From the NCBI RefSeq assembly GCF_000143415.4, contig NW_003314348.1, positions 624,062 to 688,061 of the forward strand: a DNA stretch of 64,000 bases, read 5' to 3'. Below, piece after piece: positions 11,879 through 25,053 of this stretch. The translations under genes were made by a program, and so were the position numbers. A model generated the notes under the pieces. The model ran no database searches, was not told the DNA's origin, and saw only the letters and a list, made by a program, of their open reading frames with translations. The DNA comes from Selaginella moellendorffii (Eukaryota > Plantae > Lycopodiophyta). Positions within the stretch are counted from its first letter, which is position 1, and the number at the start of each line of letters is the position of its first letter.

Positions 11879-13902
11879 ATGGCGGACACGCGAGGAGCGG
11901 CGATTTACAGGCTAGAGGATGTCAAGGCGCATGATAGCGCCGAGGATTGCTGGCTGGTGATCGCTGGGAAGGTCTACGATGTCACATCCTGGTGAATACG
12001 AATCAGGCGTTTCTAGATTTTGGGAGCTAAGTGATTGCTGTTGCAGGGTCCCGTCTCATCCTGGAGGAAGTATGATCTATTTGCAGGCCGGGCGAGATTC
12101 TACTCATCTCTTCGATTCTTATCATCCGCTATATGTGAGGTACGTCGGTCGATTTGGAAATCTCCAGGCTGTGATGCTGACTCTAAGATCCCAGGAAATT
12201 GCTGTCTCGATACTACATTGGTGATTTCCAGGATGAGAATTACGATAATATCCAGTACATGCAGCCATTCGAAGAGAAGTTCTACACGACCCTCAAGGAA
12301 CGAGTGGAGTCTTTCTTTGATAAATTCAAGGTAACATTTTCTTTGTTCTCATTTCTTGTGGGAATTAATTGACCATTGTGCAGCTGGATGCAAGAGTTCA
12401 TCCTCATATGTTTCTCAAGTCGGCTCTAATTTTTGTAGGCTTGACCTTCTGCTACTACACGACTTTCTACAGGCAACAGCATTTTTTGTTTTCACTGTTC
12501 TCTGCTGCTGGGATGGGATTTTTCATTGCGGAGATTGGTTTATCAATCATGCACGATGCGAACCACGGTATTTATTTAGTTGGTTATCTCTCCAACTTGG
12601 CTATGTTGTTTCTCACGGCATCCATATTGTTTGTGTATTCAGGTGCTTATTCTCGATACCCTCTCCTTGGATATATCATGGGAGCGTCGCTAGATATTGT
12701 TGGCGCTAGCAGGTATTTTGTCTTGCAGTTTTAGTTTCTTCAAAACCAGATTCTGCAGTTTCATGTGGAAATACCAGCATGTTGTGGGACATCACTCTTT
12801 TACAAACGTTCACAACTACGATCCTGATATCCGTAAGTTTCCTGTTTTTTTTCCACCGCCTCCTGTGAACTTCGTAGCTTTGTGTATACCAGGTGTTAAA
12901 GATCCTGATATCCGCCGTGTGACAAGCAAACAGCCATGGCATGACTACCATATGTATCAAGTAAGACAGCTTCTGAAATCTTTTTTACGTGCTAATGTAA
13001 CTTTTGCAGCACGTCTATCTGGCCATTCTCTATGGCCTTCTAGCGCTGAAAAGCATCTTTCTCGATGATTTCGTGGCTTATTTTAATGGACGCATTGGAC
13101 CGTGAGTTTTTCTACGAAAGCCTCTTTCAATAATAACTATCGTTGTTTTTCTGCAGTGTAAAGGTGCCCAAAATGACACCCGTTGAATTTCACATTTTTT
13201 GGTGGGGCAAGGCTGTGTATGCCACCTACATGCTTGTCTTGCCCCTACTATTCAGCTATCACAATTTTCTTTCTTTATTAGTTTGTTATCTGGTCTCGCA
13301 GGTATGATGTATCCAGACTCTTGTTCATCTATAATTCACTTCTACAGCTAGTGACGGGATGGATGCTCGCTTTGCTCTTTCAAGTAGCTCATGTAGTCGA
13401 AGAAGCTGAATTCTTCGATGTCGACTGTACCAATGGTGTCCCAACTTTGTCTTCTGGGTGGGCGGCATTACAGGTAAGAGAAATATACTTGAGCGGATAT
13501 GTATCCTGCTTATGATGCAATTTTTTTCCAGGTCAGGACTACCGCAAACTTCAGTGTCAATTCCTTATTCTGGACGCATGTTAGTGGCGGTTTAAATCAC
13601 CAGGTATTATTGTTCCTCACTGTCCCTTGATGTATCGTAACACTGTTTTCCAGATTGAGCATCACTTATTTCCAGCGATTTGTCATCTTCATTATCCTAG
13701 GATTCAACCCATAGTGGAGTCCACGTGCAAAGAGTTCGGCATCCCTTACCATCGATTCCCAGATGTGAGTGCATTCGTATTGATGGTAGTCCCGCTACAT
13801 TCTTAACCCTCGTCCTTCTTCCAGGTGTGGACGGCTCTCAAAGCTCATTTTGCGTACTTGAAGAAAGTTGGGGGAAGTGTCGAATTCAGGTTAGCCGGGT
13901 AG
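11879..13902 (+). CDS. Front-end fatty acid desaturase with N-terminal cytochrome b5 domain (Delta5-desaturase-like), multi-exon
   Basis: HPGG heme motif and His boxes HDANH, QHVVGHH and QIEHHLFP across spliced exons. Stop TAG 13900-13902. An in-frame upstream ATG at 11780 is possible. Confidence 0.92.
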
Positions 13903-16614
13903 CCAACAGGAGGGTAATCCACTCGCACTTTCTCTGATTGTAGGGTACGGATCTTATCTTTTAAGTTCAAATGTGAAAGTTCTTTTCCCAAGAATCTTTA
14001 AAATATTAAAATTGTCAACAGAATCCATAAGAATAATAGTGTTATTCTTATTTAGTATTATTATTAATTCAATTGGTCAAATTCTAAAACTTTTGCTAAA
14101 AGAGAAATTAATAAAAATTTGAATGAATACTTTAAGCATAAAAACAAACTGTGAGTGCATTTCTCTTCAATAATTATATATGTTAGAATAAAGAATTCGA
14201 AGTTGCATTTAATTAGTAATTTTGTATTATATTTCATAATTGTCAACACCAAATTTAATTATGCTTTCTTGACAAAGGTGTATTTATTTTTAAATTTACA
14301 TCTAAATTTTTATAATATATATTTAGATTTTAATAAAATTAATTAATATTTTATTATTAATTTGCAAAGCAACCAATTAACTAGTAGCTAACTAATAGTT
14401 AACTCATTTATACTTATCTATCTTTTATATCTAATCTAAATGTGATCTCAAGTATTTAGGAATAAAATCCTGATAATACCTTTATTTTCAAAAATGAGTG
14501 GAAGAAGAATATAAAAAAGTGTGACATTAGTATTAGTATAAGGATGATGGGGCTAAAGGAGATGTTAAAGATGAAAAATTAGGTTTATAATGCTAATGAT
14601 AGTGAAAAAATTTAATTTTAATAAGGTTATAAAAAAAATGTTTAACAAGCTCTTAAGTATTATTAAAAGAACCATAAAAAAGAAAATTAAATAATAGAAA
14701 ATGACACAAATTTTATACTTTTCATTGGTGGAGAAGGGGGTGACAATTAAGAATGATATTAGAGTGGGAAGGTTCAAGAAAATGAATATGAAAAATAAAA
14801 TGAATTTGATAGAATGGAAAGAAATAAAATTAATTTATTTTAAGAATATGAGAATGACCCAAAATGTTTGTAATGAAGTCTAAAAGAAGGATGCGTAATA
14901 CATGATAGCAAAGTAGTTAAACTTGATTTCTAAATTTAATCCTCCTCCTCCATCTTTCTCTTCCAATCTTGCTTTTGAAATCTTTTTTTATTCCTGTTAA
15001 AATATTTAATTGTTAACACCTCTAACATATCTAAAATTTTTACAAAAGTTTATTGATTGCTATTACCAACCTATCCCTACATATAAGGTAACTAAGGAAA
15101 TAGACTATCATCTCAGCCAAGGATAAGTTGCACTTAACCCTATGTAATTTGAGAAAATTATCTCAATGAGAAAAAAATTTAAAGTTATAATCACTTATAA
15201 TGTTCTAAAGAATGCTATGTAAGTGAAAAATCTCTTTGAAGACTAACTGAGGAATTCTTTCCCTAGTGATAAATTTAGTGTATGGAAGGAAATAGGCCAT
15301 CTTTGTGAACGTATTAGCCACCATCAAAAGATTATCAAATTTCTAGGAAGGTTAATCAAGAAATCCATTTAAAATTATTATAATCCAAGAGGAATAAGAA
15401 GAGGTTGGAGCAACCCTAAAAAAGCATGTAAAAAATTATTATTGCCAAAATGTCTAATAGTTGAGATTGTAAAGCTAATCACTAAACATCCCCTTCAAGA
15501 ATGTGAAAAAGAAGTTCTTACAAACTTGAAAATACATGTGATTAAGTTAAAACATTAATAGCAAATGAATCAGTCTATAAAGAGTTTTGAACAATATTGA
15601 AAGCTTACTAAGCTTGATATTGATTGATAACCCAAGTAGTTAAGAAATACTTAAAGCTCTTATAATCATTCCACACCACAGTCTAATGTTGTGGGCTCTC
15701 AAGAAAACATTGCCACTTCTCAAAATAATAAACAATTTACAATAATTCTTTATTATAAATCTTTGTTAACTAAAACTTTCTAGAATGGAAATCTATAGAA
15801 TGTAACTTGCCATCCTCACCAAGTTGGGATAACACACTCCCAAAGCAGAATCACAGATATTAGCTTTGCTAAAAAAATGGTTTTATACATTTTTTAAAGA
15901 AGCATTGTTATTGAAGTAAAGACAACTTACTTAAGAAAAATAATTTGCCATAGAAATGCCATGAGGTATGACTATATATCCCAAGAACTCCAAGACCATG
16001 TTTTTCTAGCATCTTGAGAACCAAGCAAATATGTTAATCATGTGTTTGCTTGAATTCAAGATAAACAAGAATATCATCAAGGTACATAATCACCATTTTA
16101 TTGAGAAGCTCTCAAAAGATGTTATTGGCTATATATTAGAATCGGTAGAAGCATTAGTTAGCCCAAATGTATTATGAAGTACTTGAAATATTCATAGTGT
16201 GTTCAAAAGTAGTCTTCTACTCATCACTAAAGTGAATCTGAATAAGATTATAAGCACTACAAAGGTAGCACTACCAAGTCTATAAAAAAACCTAAGAGTG
16301 TTTTGGACTAAAACTGCATTTAAACCTTAATAGTCAAATACAAGCCTAAGAATTCTATGCTTCTTTTTGACAAGAAAATAAAAACACCTATATGAAATTA
16401 AGAGTGATAAATTGTATTCTTGATTTGCAATAAACTTAAAAGGAGAAAAGTTATAGATTGGTCCTTATGGTGGCTGCACTCCTTGCAAATTAATTGGGAA
16501 ATCATATGAAAGGACACTTACTTTCTTCTTATTGAACACATAACTAAAGTTTTGATTAAATAATATATTCAGAAATAAACATTATTAGACTTATATGCAA
16601 CATATGTGTTCCTA

Positions 16615-17250
16615 TACCCTACTATGATTTACTATAAAATAGCTATTGAGTGAAACCCTTGGACATATATGCCAAGGACAATGGAGTGAGACTTAACTTT
16701 CAAAGCTTTAGGTTGTTGAATAAGGGATGGAGTTGAACTCCCGAGTGTACAACCAAAGAGTAAATGAATAAGAACATAGAGTATTATTAGAATAATTCTA
16801 GAGTATCTCAACAACAAAATAAATATGTAAAATGGAGCCAATAAAGTCTAGTGCTATTTTAACATATTAATGGCTTAATGTGAAGAAATAGGTGCTAGCA
16901 TGGTATAAAACTTAGGCTCAAACCTAAGTTAGATGTGAAATAAAGATAGATATATCTAGTGAAGAATCAGACAATGTCTTAGATTGGTTGACTATGCTTG
17001 ATACTATACATTTGGAACCCCCAATAACTAATAAGACTAAAACATAGGATATAATAGTGAGTGTCTGGTGGATAAGGTAAACTATCATGTAGTGATATTA
17101 AGGGACTAATACTCAATATGCTATGGTTTTTATCACTAACTAGTGCATAATATAACGAAATAAAAATTTCTTATCAAGCTAAGTATGCTTAGTTAATTAT
17201 ATGTATGAATTCAGTCCTTATATTCATTTAGTCCAAGTATACTCTTAACT
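16615..17250 (-). mobile_element. Eroded, internally deleted LTR copy (2021-3164 family)
   Basis: Matches such as ctatgatttactata, catttggaacccc, aactatcatgtagtgatattaagggactaat. Confidence 0.75.
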
Positions 17251-17279
17251 TAATAATAGATCATCTTCAAGAATTAGTC

Positions 17280-19352
17280 AAAGCTACTACAATGGTACTA
17301 TATACAAGTAGACTACATCATCTTCATAAATACATTGTTCACGATCATAAGGACATGATATAAAAATCCCAATTACTTGATCTTCAATCAAGAAATACTA
17401 CAAGCAAGCCTATATCACTACTACAAAAGTTTATGTGAATATCAAGTACCAACTCTAATCAATAAAGTACAACATTAATGCTTTATCTTACCAATAGAGA
17501 TTTATGACATCTAACATCACCAATGTCATTTACAATATAGATAGGCTTTTTTCTTATCAAACTTAAATTTAATTTAACACCAAACTATTCAAGGAGAAAT
17601 AATAAGGTTCACTAGAAAGAATTAAACATTGCAACTCAAGCTTTTCAATAACAAATCTAAGTAAAATGGTTTAGTGTTTCACCACTTTCCATCTTATAGC
17701 ACATCATTCATAAAACCATTATAATCAACAAGCATTGAATTAGAGATTATTGATTGCATGATGTGCATGAATAATAAGATCAAACCTTATTACAAATCAT
17801 CTTTTTGAGAAAAGAAGATGATTTATATGTTTGATCTTTGTCCCTAATGGAATTTTTTTTTCAGACTCAACTTAACTAAATTTTAAAGTTGCATTTGCAT
17901 TACATTAATGAAAAGTTATGAAAGAGTATGGCAATGACCATATGAATTAATAGACTAATCTCTATAGTCTTGAATAATCTAAGGATAATCATGCATAAGA
18001 AGGATCCATTAGTGTCATGCTAAATATTTGCCACTCCTAGCAAATATAAGAGAGGTTTCCTTTTACCCATAGTAATATAGTAATAATTCATGATAACTGC
18101 TAATAGGTTAATATTAATTTTGCCAACTTAAAGTGTAACATAAGTTGCTAATTGCCTAAGTCATAAGCTCAAATATATACTTGTGCAAATAGTACATCTT
18201 AAACCCATCTAAAAAGCCCAAGCTAAAGTTTATACAAAATGGTATGTACCAAAATTTATATCTAGAGATATATGCAAAGCTACAACAACTAAATACCCAC
18301 TTAAATCATTATCTTCATCTCTATAAAACTAGTTGTCCAATTTCATTAAATAGTGCTTGCTAAGATTAATCCTTTAATACTACTGATTTTCACTTAATAC
18401 CCTATAATGATTTACTATAGGATAACTATACATTGGAATTTAACTTTTGGACATATGTATACCAACAATGGAGTAAAATTTGAGTTTCCATAGAGTATGT
18501 GATTTTTGCACTTTACCTTATAGTGTTTTATTATAAGATAACCACAGAGTGGAACATTAACTCTTGGATACGTATGCCAAAGGAAGTAAGGTGGAACCTG
18601 AATATTAAAGCCTAAGCCCACTAAATGAAAGGATGGAGCCAAACTCAACTAAGAAATGAAGGAATTGGAATACAAAATAATTTTTAAACATATAATGAAA
18701 GAGCAAGGAATAGGAGTATAAAGTGACTTGGAATAGTCTTAAATCATTTAGCATCCCAACACCAAAATTAGCATTTAAAATGAAATCAAATCAAGTTTAG
18801 TGTTATTTCAGTATACTAGCAACCTAATGCAAAGTTATAAATACTCCACCAAGTAGCATAATATGGAATTTGGGCTTAAACTTAAACCAGACACAAAAAA
18901 AAAGACAGACACATTTAATAAAGAATTAAACAATATTGCAATTTCATTAGCCATACTTGACTTACTTACCTCATTAGCAAATTTATACATTTTTTATAAA
19001 TAGTTAATAGGACTGAATATAACCAATGTATAGAAGAGCATGATAGTGAGGGTGTCTTGGCAAATATGATAAGTTATCATGTAGCAATATTGAGGGATTA
19101 GTGCTCAATACATAAAAGTTATTATCACTAACTATAATGAGACAAGAATTCCTTACTGGGCAAAGTATACATAGCTAATAGTATTTAGAAATTTTGACAT
19201 TATATTTGTTTAGTCTAAGTACACTTCAAATGCTTAGTTAACTTCACTAGCATAAGAGGAATTGATCTCCTTCCATCATAACAGTAAGAGAAGAATATCT
19301 TAAAAGATTTGTTAATAAGTAATTTTTGATACCCATAGTCACATTTGCAACA
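17280..19352 (-). mobile_element. Eroded copy of the same element: internal region (~17280-18384, decayed PBS ~18371-18382) plus LTR (~18385-19352)
   Basis: Collinear with ~820-3164. Ends gatacccatagtcacatttgcaaca, matching gatacccaaagtcatattcacaaca at 3164. Confidence 0.8.
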
Positions 19353-20614
19353 ATTTTAAAACTTTAAGCCACTTAATGAAACAATGCAGCTAAAATCTTG
19401 AGTATATACCCAAAGAGCAAACATAAAGTAGTATGGAGTCACTATGTTTTTGTAAGCAACCAAAGAGAATAACTTGAAAGACAATCCATAAGGGTTTAAA
19501 TATAAAAGGAAAGGACCCATAAACAAAAGTGCACTCCTTTTTCTAAATTCAGGAGCTTACAGTTTTATTCAATTAACTGGTGTAATAATTAGCATAGTTG
19601 AGTGTTTGTTAGCTCTTGTGACATTCATTCTGATATGTTGATTATTGTTAAGGTTACTTTTGATAAATTAGGATGTTATTTCCTTTGGATAATATATTTA
19701 GTAGTAAGAATGACATGAATAGTAAAAAGAGACATTGGTTTATCATGCAATAATTCTTGCATAGTGATGGGTAGAAATACAAGGATTGTAAGAAATATTA
19801 TATCAAGAGAAGTAAAGAATATCTCAAGAAATGGTTGATAACTCAAGAATAGTATGATCTTTGAGAGAGAAAATAAGAAGAGGATATAATAGGTTTTTCC
19901 CAATCCATAAGAGATTAATATAGCTGAAACCATAACATTATTGGAGAATATAGAGATTTCATAGTGTTGAAAGAAACTTTAGTCAAGAAATTACCACTAA
20001 TGGAAACTTGAACTAATTGAGTTTTTCAAAGTCTTCAAGTAGAAAAAACCATATACCTATTGATAGCCTTAATCACTTACTTTCTAATTTGAGAATGTAC
20101 AGAAATTGTATGGTGTCAAACAAACTCTTTATTAATGAAATAAGAGGTAGCACCGGAGTATAAAAGCAAAAGAGAGGGGACCTTAACCAAGATAAAGTGC
20201 CTAGAATGTACAAAATCCAACTATATAATTCTTATGTTGATTAGAGATCCTTGTTTAGTATAATCCTTTAAACCTGATCACTTGAGAATTCATGATATAG
20301 GAATTGAATAGTCAAAACTTGAGTGGAAAAAGAGGGTATATATGTCCTACTATATATCCTACTATATATCATGTAATACCATAGTAGAGTTATACTTCAT
20401 TGAGATAACGTTGACACTTTGCTAAAGACAATTTATATTGTCCTCCTTATTGCTATTGATCAATCTTAATATAGTGCATTTGAATTTAGAACTTAACTCC
20501 AAGTTTGTTATATTATGAAATAAGAGATTGGTACATACTCAAAATCCCTTATGAGCACTAACTCTCTATATTTAACTCTTGTACAAAAAATGGTGTTAGA
20601 TAAAGTTTGGCACA

Positions 20615-21216
20615 ATTTTAACATATTGGTGGCTTAATACAAAGAGGTGGGTATCCCACCAATTAGAACAACATAAAGTTAACTTAGTATAGAGCTTGGG
20701 CTTAGACTCAAGCTAAATACAAAATAAAGAGTAATAAATCAAAGCCAAATTAATATTTTAAATGGTTAGCCATGTTTTTTACCACTATTTTTACTATACA
20801 TTTGGAAACCCCCCCCACCAACCATGGTGTTCATGACACTCTCTACATTTCATAATTCATAAATATACTTCATTAGCAGATTGAGATACTTGCCATAAAT
20901 AGCACATAAAACTGAAATAGGACTAACACATCAAATATGATGATGAGGGTGATTGGCAAATACTGTAAACTATTATATAGTGCTATTAAAGGATTTTCCC
21001 TAATATCATAAGGGTTCCCAACACTAATAAGTGCAAGCCAATAACATGATTATATTATACATACTTGACTTAATAACAACTTGGGATTTCCTTTTTTAGT
21101 GCCTTGTTAGTCTAAGTGCATATATGCTTACAACTAGCTGGCATAGTAGTAAAGAAAGAATGTTTGAAAGGATTGGCTAACAAGTATTTTTCAATACTTA
21201 AAATCACATTTGTGAT
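20615..21216 (-). mobile_element. Eroded partial LTR copy (2021-3164 family)
   Basis: Matches ttgggcttagactcaag, catttggaaaccccccc and the terminal aaatcacatttgtgata. Confidence 0.75.
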
Positions 21217-22397
21217 AAATATGTTGATGTTACATATAAACTATGAGAAAGTCATCAAATTTTGATTATAGTAGTGTAAACTTAGTCTGTATCACTAAAA
21301 CACATATGAATCTTTTCCTAAAATAAAATAAGGTTGAGACAAATAGCAAAGGGGAAAACCACAAAAAGGCAAAACCTTAAAGAGACCCCAATCATGGATT
21401 TCTTGGTCAAAGTATCATCATGAAGATTAGGTTCATTTGATTTAAAATACTATACCAACATGTCAATATCTTATAAATTTTGCAAGAAAAGTAATTTCAA
21501 GTTCTATAGAGTAAGAGGCTTGATTATGTGGTTGCTAGATCACCAAACTTGCTATTTGTTATTGTAATTGAAGAACCAGAAGTTACTAATTCTCATACTA
21601 AAGTTAAAAAACCTTAGAATTGAGGTGATCACCTTGTTGAGCTAATAAGTTTTTTTAAACAAACCAAAATAATTAAACTAGATAAAGTATATAATATAAT
21701 ATTATTTTGGCAAACTCTCAAACTCTCAGTTATTTTTTATTAATTTAAATTTTGAATTTTATTAATTTTATAGTTTATCTTGGAAATATTTTATTTCTCT
21801 AATAAAACATTTCAATTTAAATGATATAAAGTTAAATTTTTAATATGTCATTTATTGGTTGAAGATTTTTAGCTTCATATTTCCAAAATAAGTTCTGTTT
21901 CTAAATGTTATATCAATTTTAAAAATAATGTTCACAATGAGAATATATTTATTAATTATGGAGAATACAAAAGTATGAGATCCAAGAGAATTATTATAAC
22001 TAAATAAGGAATTAGTTTAAGACACACAAAAGGATAGAAAATTATATAGATATTTTTATTAAGATTGTATGTGTATAAAATATAAAAATGGAATACAGAA
22101 ATACAAGAGCAAGTGGTCCAGATTAAAACCAATGTGACAGCAATCACAATCCCATTACACTAATATTAGTGTATAGTGTTAATATTGATATACCACATTG
22201 TAATTGTACACTTCACAATTGTAAATTTAAAGAGCAAGATAGCATATTATGATTAAATATAAACCATAACAATAAATTTGTTTATTGCCTTTATTTACTT
22301 ATCTTCAATTCTCTTTTTTTTTACTTTATATATTTTGTATATAAGCCCTATAAACAAGAGTGCAAAACCTAAAAGTTTGTACTTTATCATTCATTCG

Positions 22398-25053
22398 TCA
22401 GCCTTCGGTGTTGCCCCGAGCAGAAACGCTGCTCAAAGGGCGGTCGTGCTCTGAAGGATTCCAATGACGCTTTCTCTGGTTGATAAACCAATTGTTAATT
22501 TGCTTCTGGTCGAGTCCAGTATCAGTTGCGAGGTTAGCTTTCTCCTGTTCCTGAAACCAGCCAAACAACTAAGAATATAAATTCAATGAAAACTATCACA
22601 ACATACCGATGGATATGGCCACTTGATATGAGCTTCCCACCACTCATACAGCTTCTCGGTCGAGTGCTTGGGCAGCTTTCCTTTCTTCTTCTTCTTGAGA
22701 AACTCCTGCTTGAGGCCTTTGATGTAAGCACCATACCTCTGAGCCAGATACTCCTTGAGGTTCTCGTCCTTGGCCAAGGGATCAACCTCGTTTCCAACCT
22801 CGGAGCTGCTGATGTCCTCCTCGATCTCGGCTCCTCCTCCCGTGGTGGTCGTCTCTGGCTCCTCGCTCTCCACTTTGGAAAAACACAAGTATATTAGTTC
22901 TCGATCGACACTCACTCTTGAATAGACTATATAGCTCGACAGGAATCAACCAAAGTCAAGCACACAGCGAAGAAACCCTTTTGCCAACAAGAACGATGCA
23001 CCGCTGGCCTATCCTTCGCAAATCTAAAACCAATTCTACCACCATCACCACCACCACCATTGGCATGCTTAAGTTAATCCAAAGATTCGACTAATGAAAG
23101 CCTCTCCACGTGCAAGTGTTCGTTGGTTTGTTGACGCATAGAGCCGACAGCCAACACGTCGCGTGAGCGCTGCTAGCAAAAGCTACGACAAAAAATACCC
23201 GCCCCCTCACATTGGCCAAGTGGCCGCCCACTTCCGTACTAGACCACATTTTGGGCCACCCATCCATCACGCCATGCCGCATGGCCCATGCATGACGCCA
23301 GCCCGTCAGCCCGTCAGCAGCCTGGCCACCAATGACGGGCGTGTGACGTCACCCTGCCCGACAATACCGTATCCGTGACATGACCCCCCATGAGTCACCC
23401 ATGCATCACCATCACCCCATGGCAGCCATTCATCACGATATTCTTGGATACGCCGCGAATCTAGCCTGCTCCTCGGGGTTTACGAAAAATAAGAAAAACC
23501 CCAGGAAATAGAAATAAAAACCCTGCGCTTTGCCTGCTTTGCTTGATTGTAAATTCCCAGGCTGCTCGTCCAGCTTCACGCTTTAGCTTTAAATTTAAAG
23601 CCTTTGTCTGCCCTGGACTGCTGCTGTTCTTGCTCTGCAGTTCTATCCTTTTTTGCCCGTTGTTTTGCCTGTTCTATGCAAACTTCACGTGAAATCCTAA
23701 ACCCCCACACCCCCAGCCCCTGCTGCCCCACACCCAAATCACTTCTTTTCCTCGATCTGCTTGCTTGGCTGCCTCGACCCAACTCTAAAATATAACCAAA
23801 CCCTTCGAGAGAATCGGACGTCGACCGTGTTGTAGGCCGACATTGTTGGCGCGGATCGAAACTTCCCGGTTTGAGTGTCGCTGTCGTTGCTAGATTAGTT
23901 TGCCAAGTTCCCGAATGACAGCCCACACTTGCAGAACTGTGACCCCTAGATTGCGAATGCATGCATTGCAGTCTCAAAACATTACCAGCTAGGGGTTTTG
24001 GAAAGGAGATGCGTACCCGGATGATCGGAAACGCTGGTAACCACACTGTTCATATGAATGCTTGCGGCTGCGATCGCTCCCAGCTGATCCGTCTTCGTTT
24101 TGCAAAACGCCATTGCTCCCTCGAGAACATTCCGGAATTCGTCCTCAAATTCCTTCATGATGGCACAGTAGGCAACCTGCAAGAAACACAACCATTGGCA
24201 AAGTAATCTCTAGATGGTACGCAAAACGATCTTAGAACACTGAAGTACCATACCATGAAGTCGTCAAGCTCCGGATTAGCTCCCACGCTGGTTACTACCG
24301 CGGGTCGAAGGTTCAGCAGCAGCTGGCCGGCTTCGTCGAGCTTTGCAACGCGATCCGGCGGCGCACCAACCTTTTGGTTCAAACACAAACTTTGTGAGAA
24401 ACCACTCCTCGTATCAATCCAGGAATCCCAAAAGCCGAAGAACACATCCACTACCTGAGCAAGCAATACCTTCTGGATGTTCAAGAGCGAGGCCAGGAGA
24501 TCGGGGTAGTGCGCGTGAGCCACAATGGAAGCCTTCATCGTCTCATCCGTTTCAGTGGTCGAGATCGAGCTGGCCATGGATCCCGGCGGTGGCGCCAAAC
24601 GAGCGCCGCTGCTGCTGCTACTGGCACCGCCGTGGTGATGGTGTGGCTGCTGCTCTTCCGGATCGTGGCGGCTGCCCTCCCCATGAGAAAAATGGGCTCC
24701 GTGGATGTGTTCCAGTAGATGCTTGCAGAGGTCGGCCGACTCGGGAGACATGGATTCGATGAACGAGTGATTGTCCCATGCGAGGTGCTCCATCGCGGCG
24801 GCGGCGGCGGCACCGTGATCGATTAGATGGTGCTGCTGTTGGGGCTCGGGATCTTCCTTGACGCAAGCTTGCGAGATGAGAGCGCTCGAGGCAGCTAAGA
24901 AGGCGTCGTGCTGCTCCGGAGTGGGGTGAGCTCCAAATGGGCTGTGTCCGTCGCGCTGCGAGATATCAAACCATGAGTCGACCACGAGAAGAATTCGTGT
25001 GAACTTACCCCGGGGGATCTCTTTGGGGAGGAGTGCCTGTCCATCGGCTCCAT
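22398..25053 (-). CDS. KNOX1: Class I KNOX (TALE) homeobox transcription factor, 6 exons
   Basis: Exon 1 [15 protein letters not shown] (25053-25009) splices in frame to 24955. KNOX1/2 motifs [15 protein letters not shown]...KVGAPP and PELDDFM|VAYC. ELK domain and homeodomain KKKKKGKLP...WPYPS|E...[15 protein letters not shown]. Stop TGA 22398. A ~1.1-kb intron precedes the ELK exon. Confidence 0.96.

Larger units (their letters stand above)
13950..22380. mobile_element. AT-rich island of nested, heavily mutated retrotransposon remnants
   Basis: Abrupt GC drop relative to flanking genes, no credible ORFs, and several recognisable copies of the 2021-3164 LTR family. Confidence 0.85.

Noticed and set aside
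14064-22147. Short F/I/L/K/N/Y-rich ORFs in the AT-rich island
   Set aside because: Compositional artefacts of eroded AT-rich repeats.
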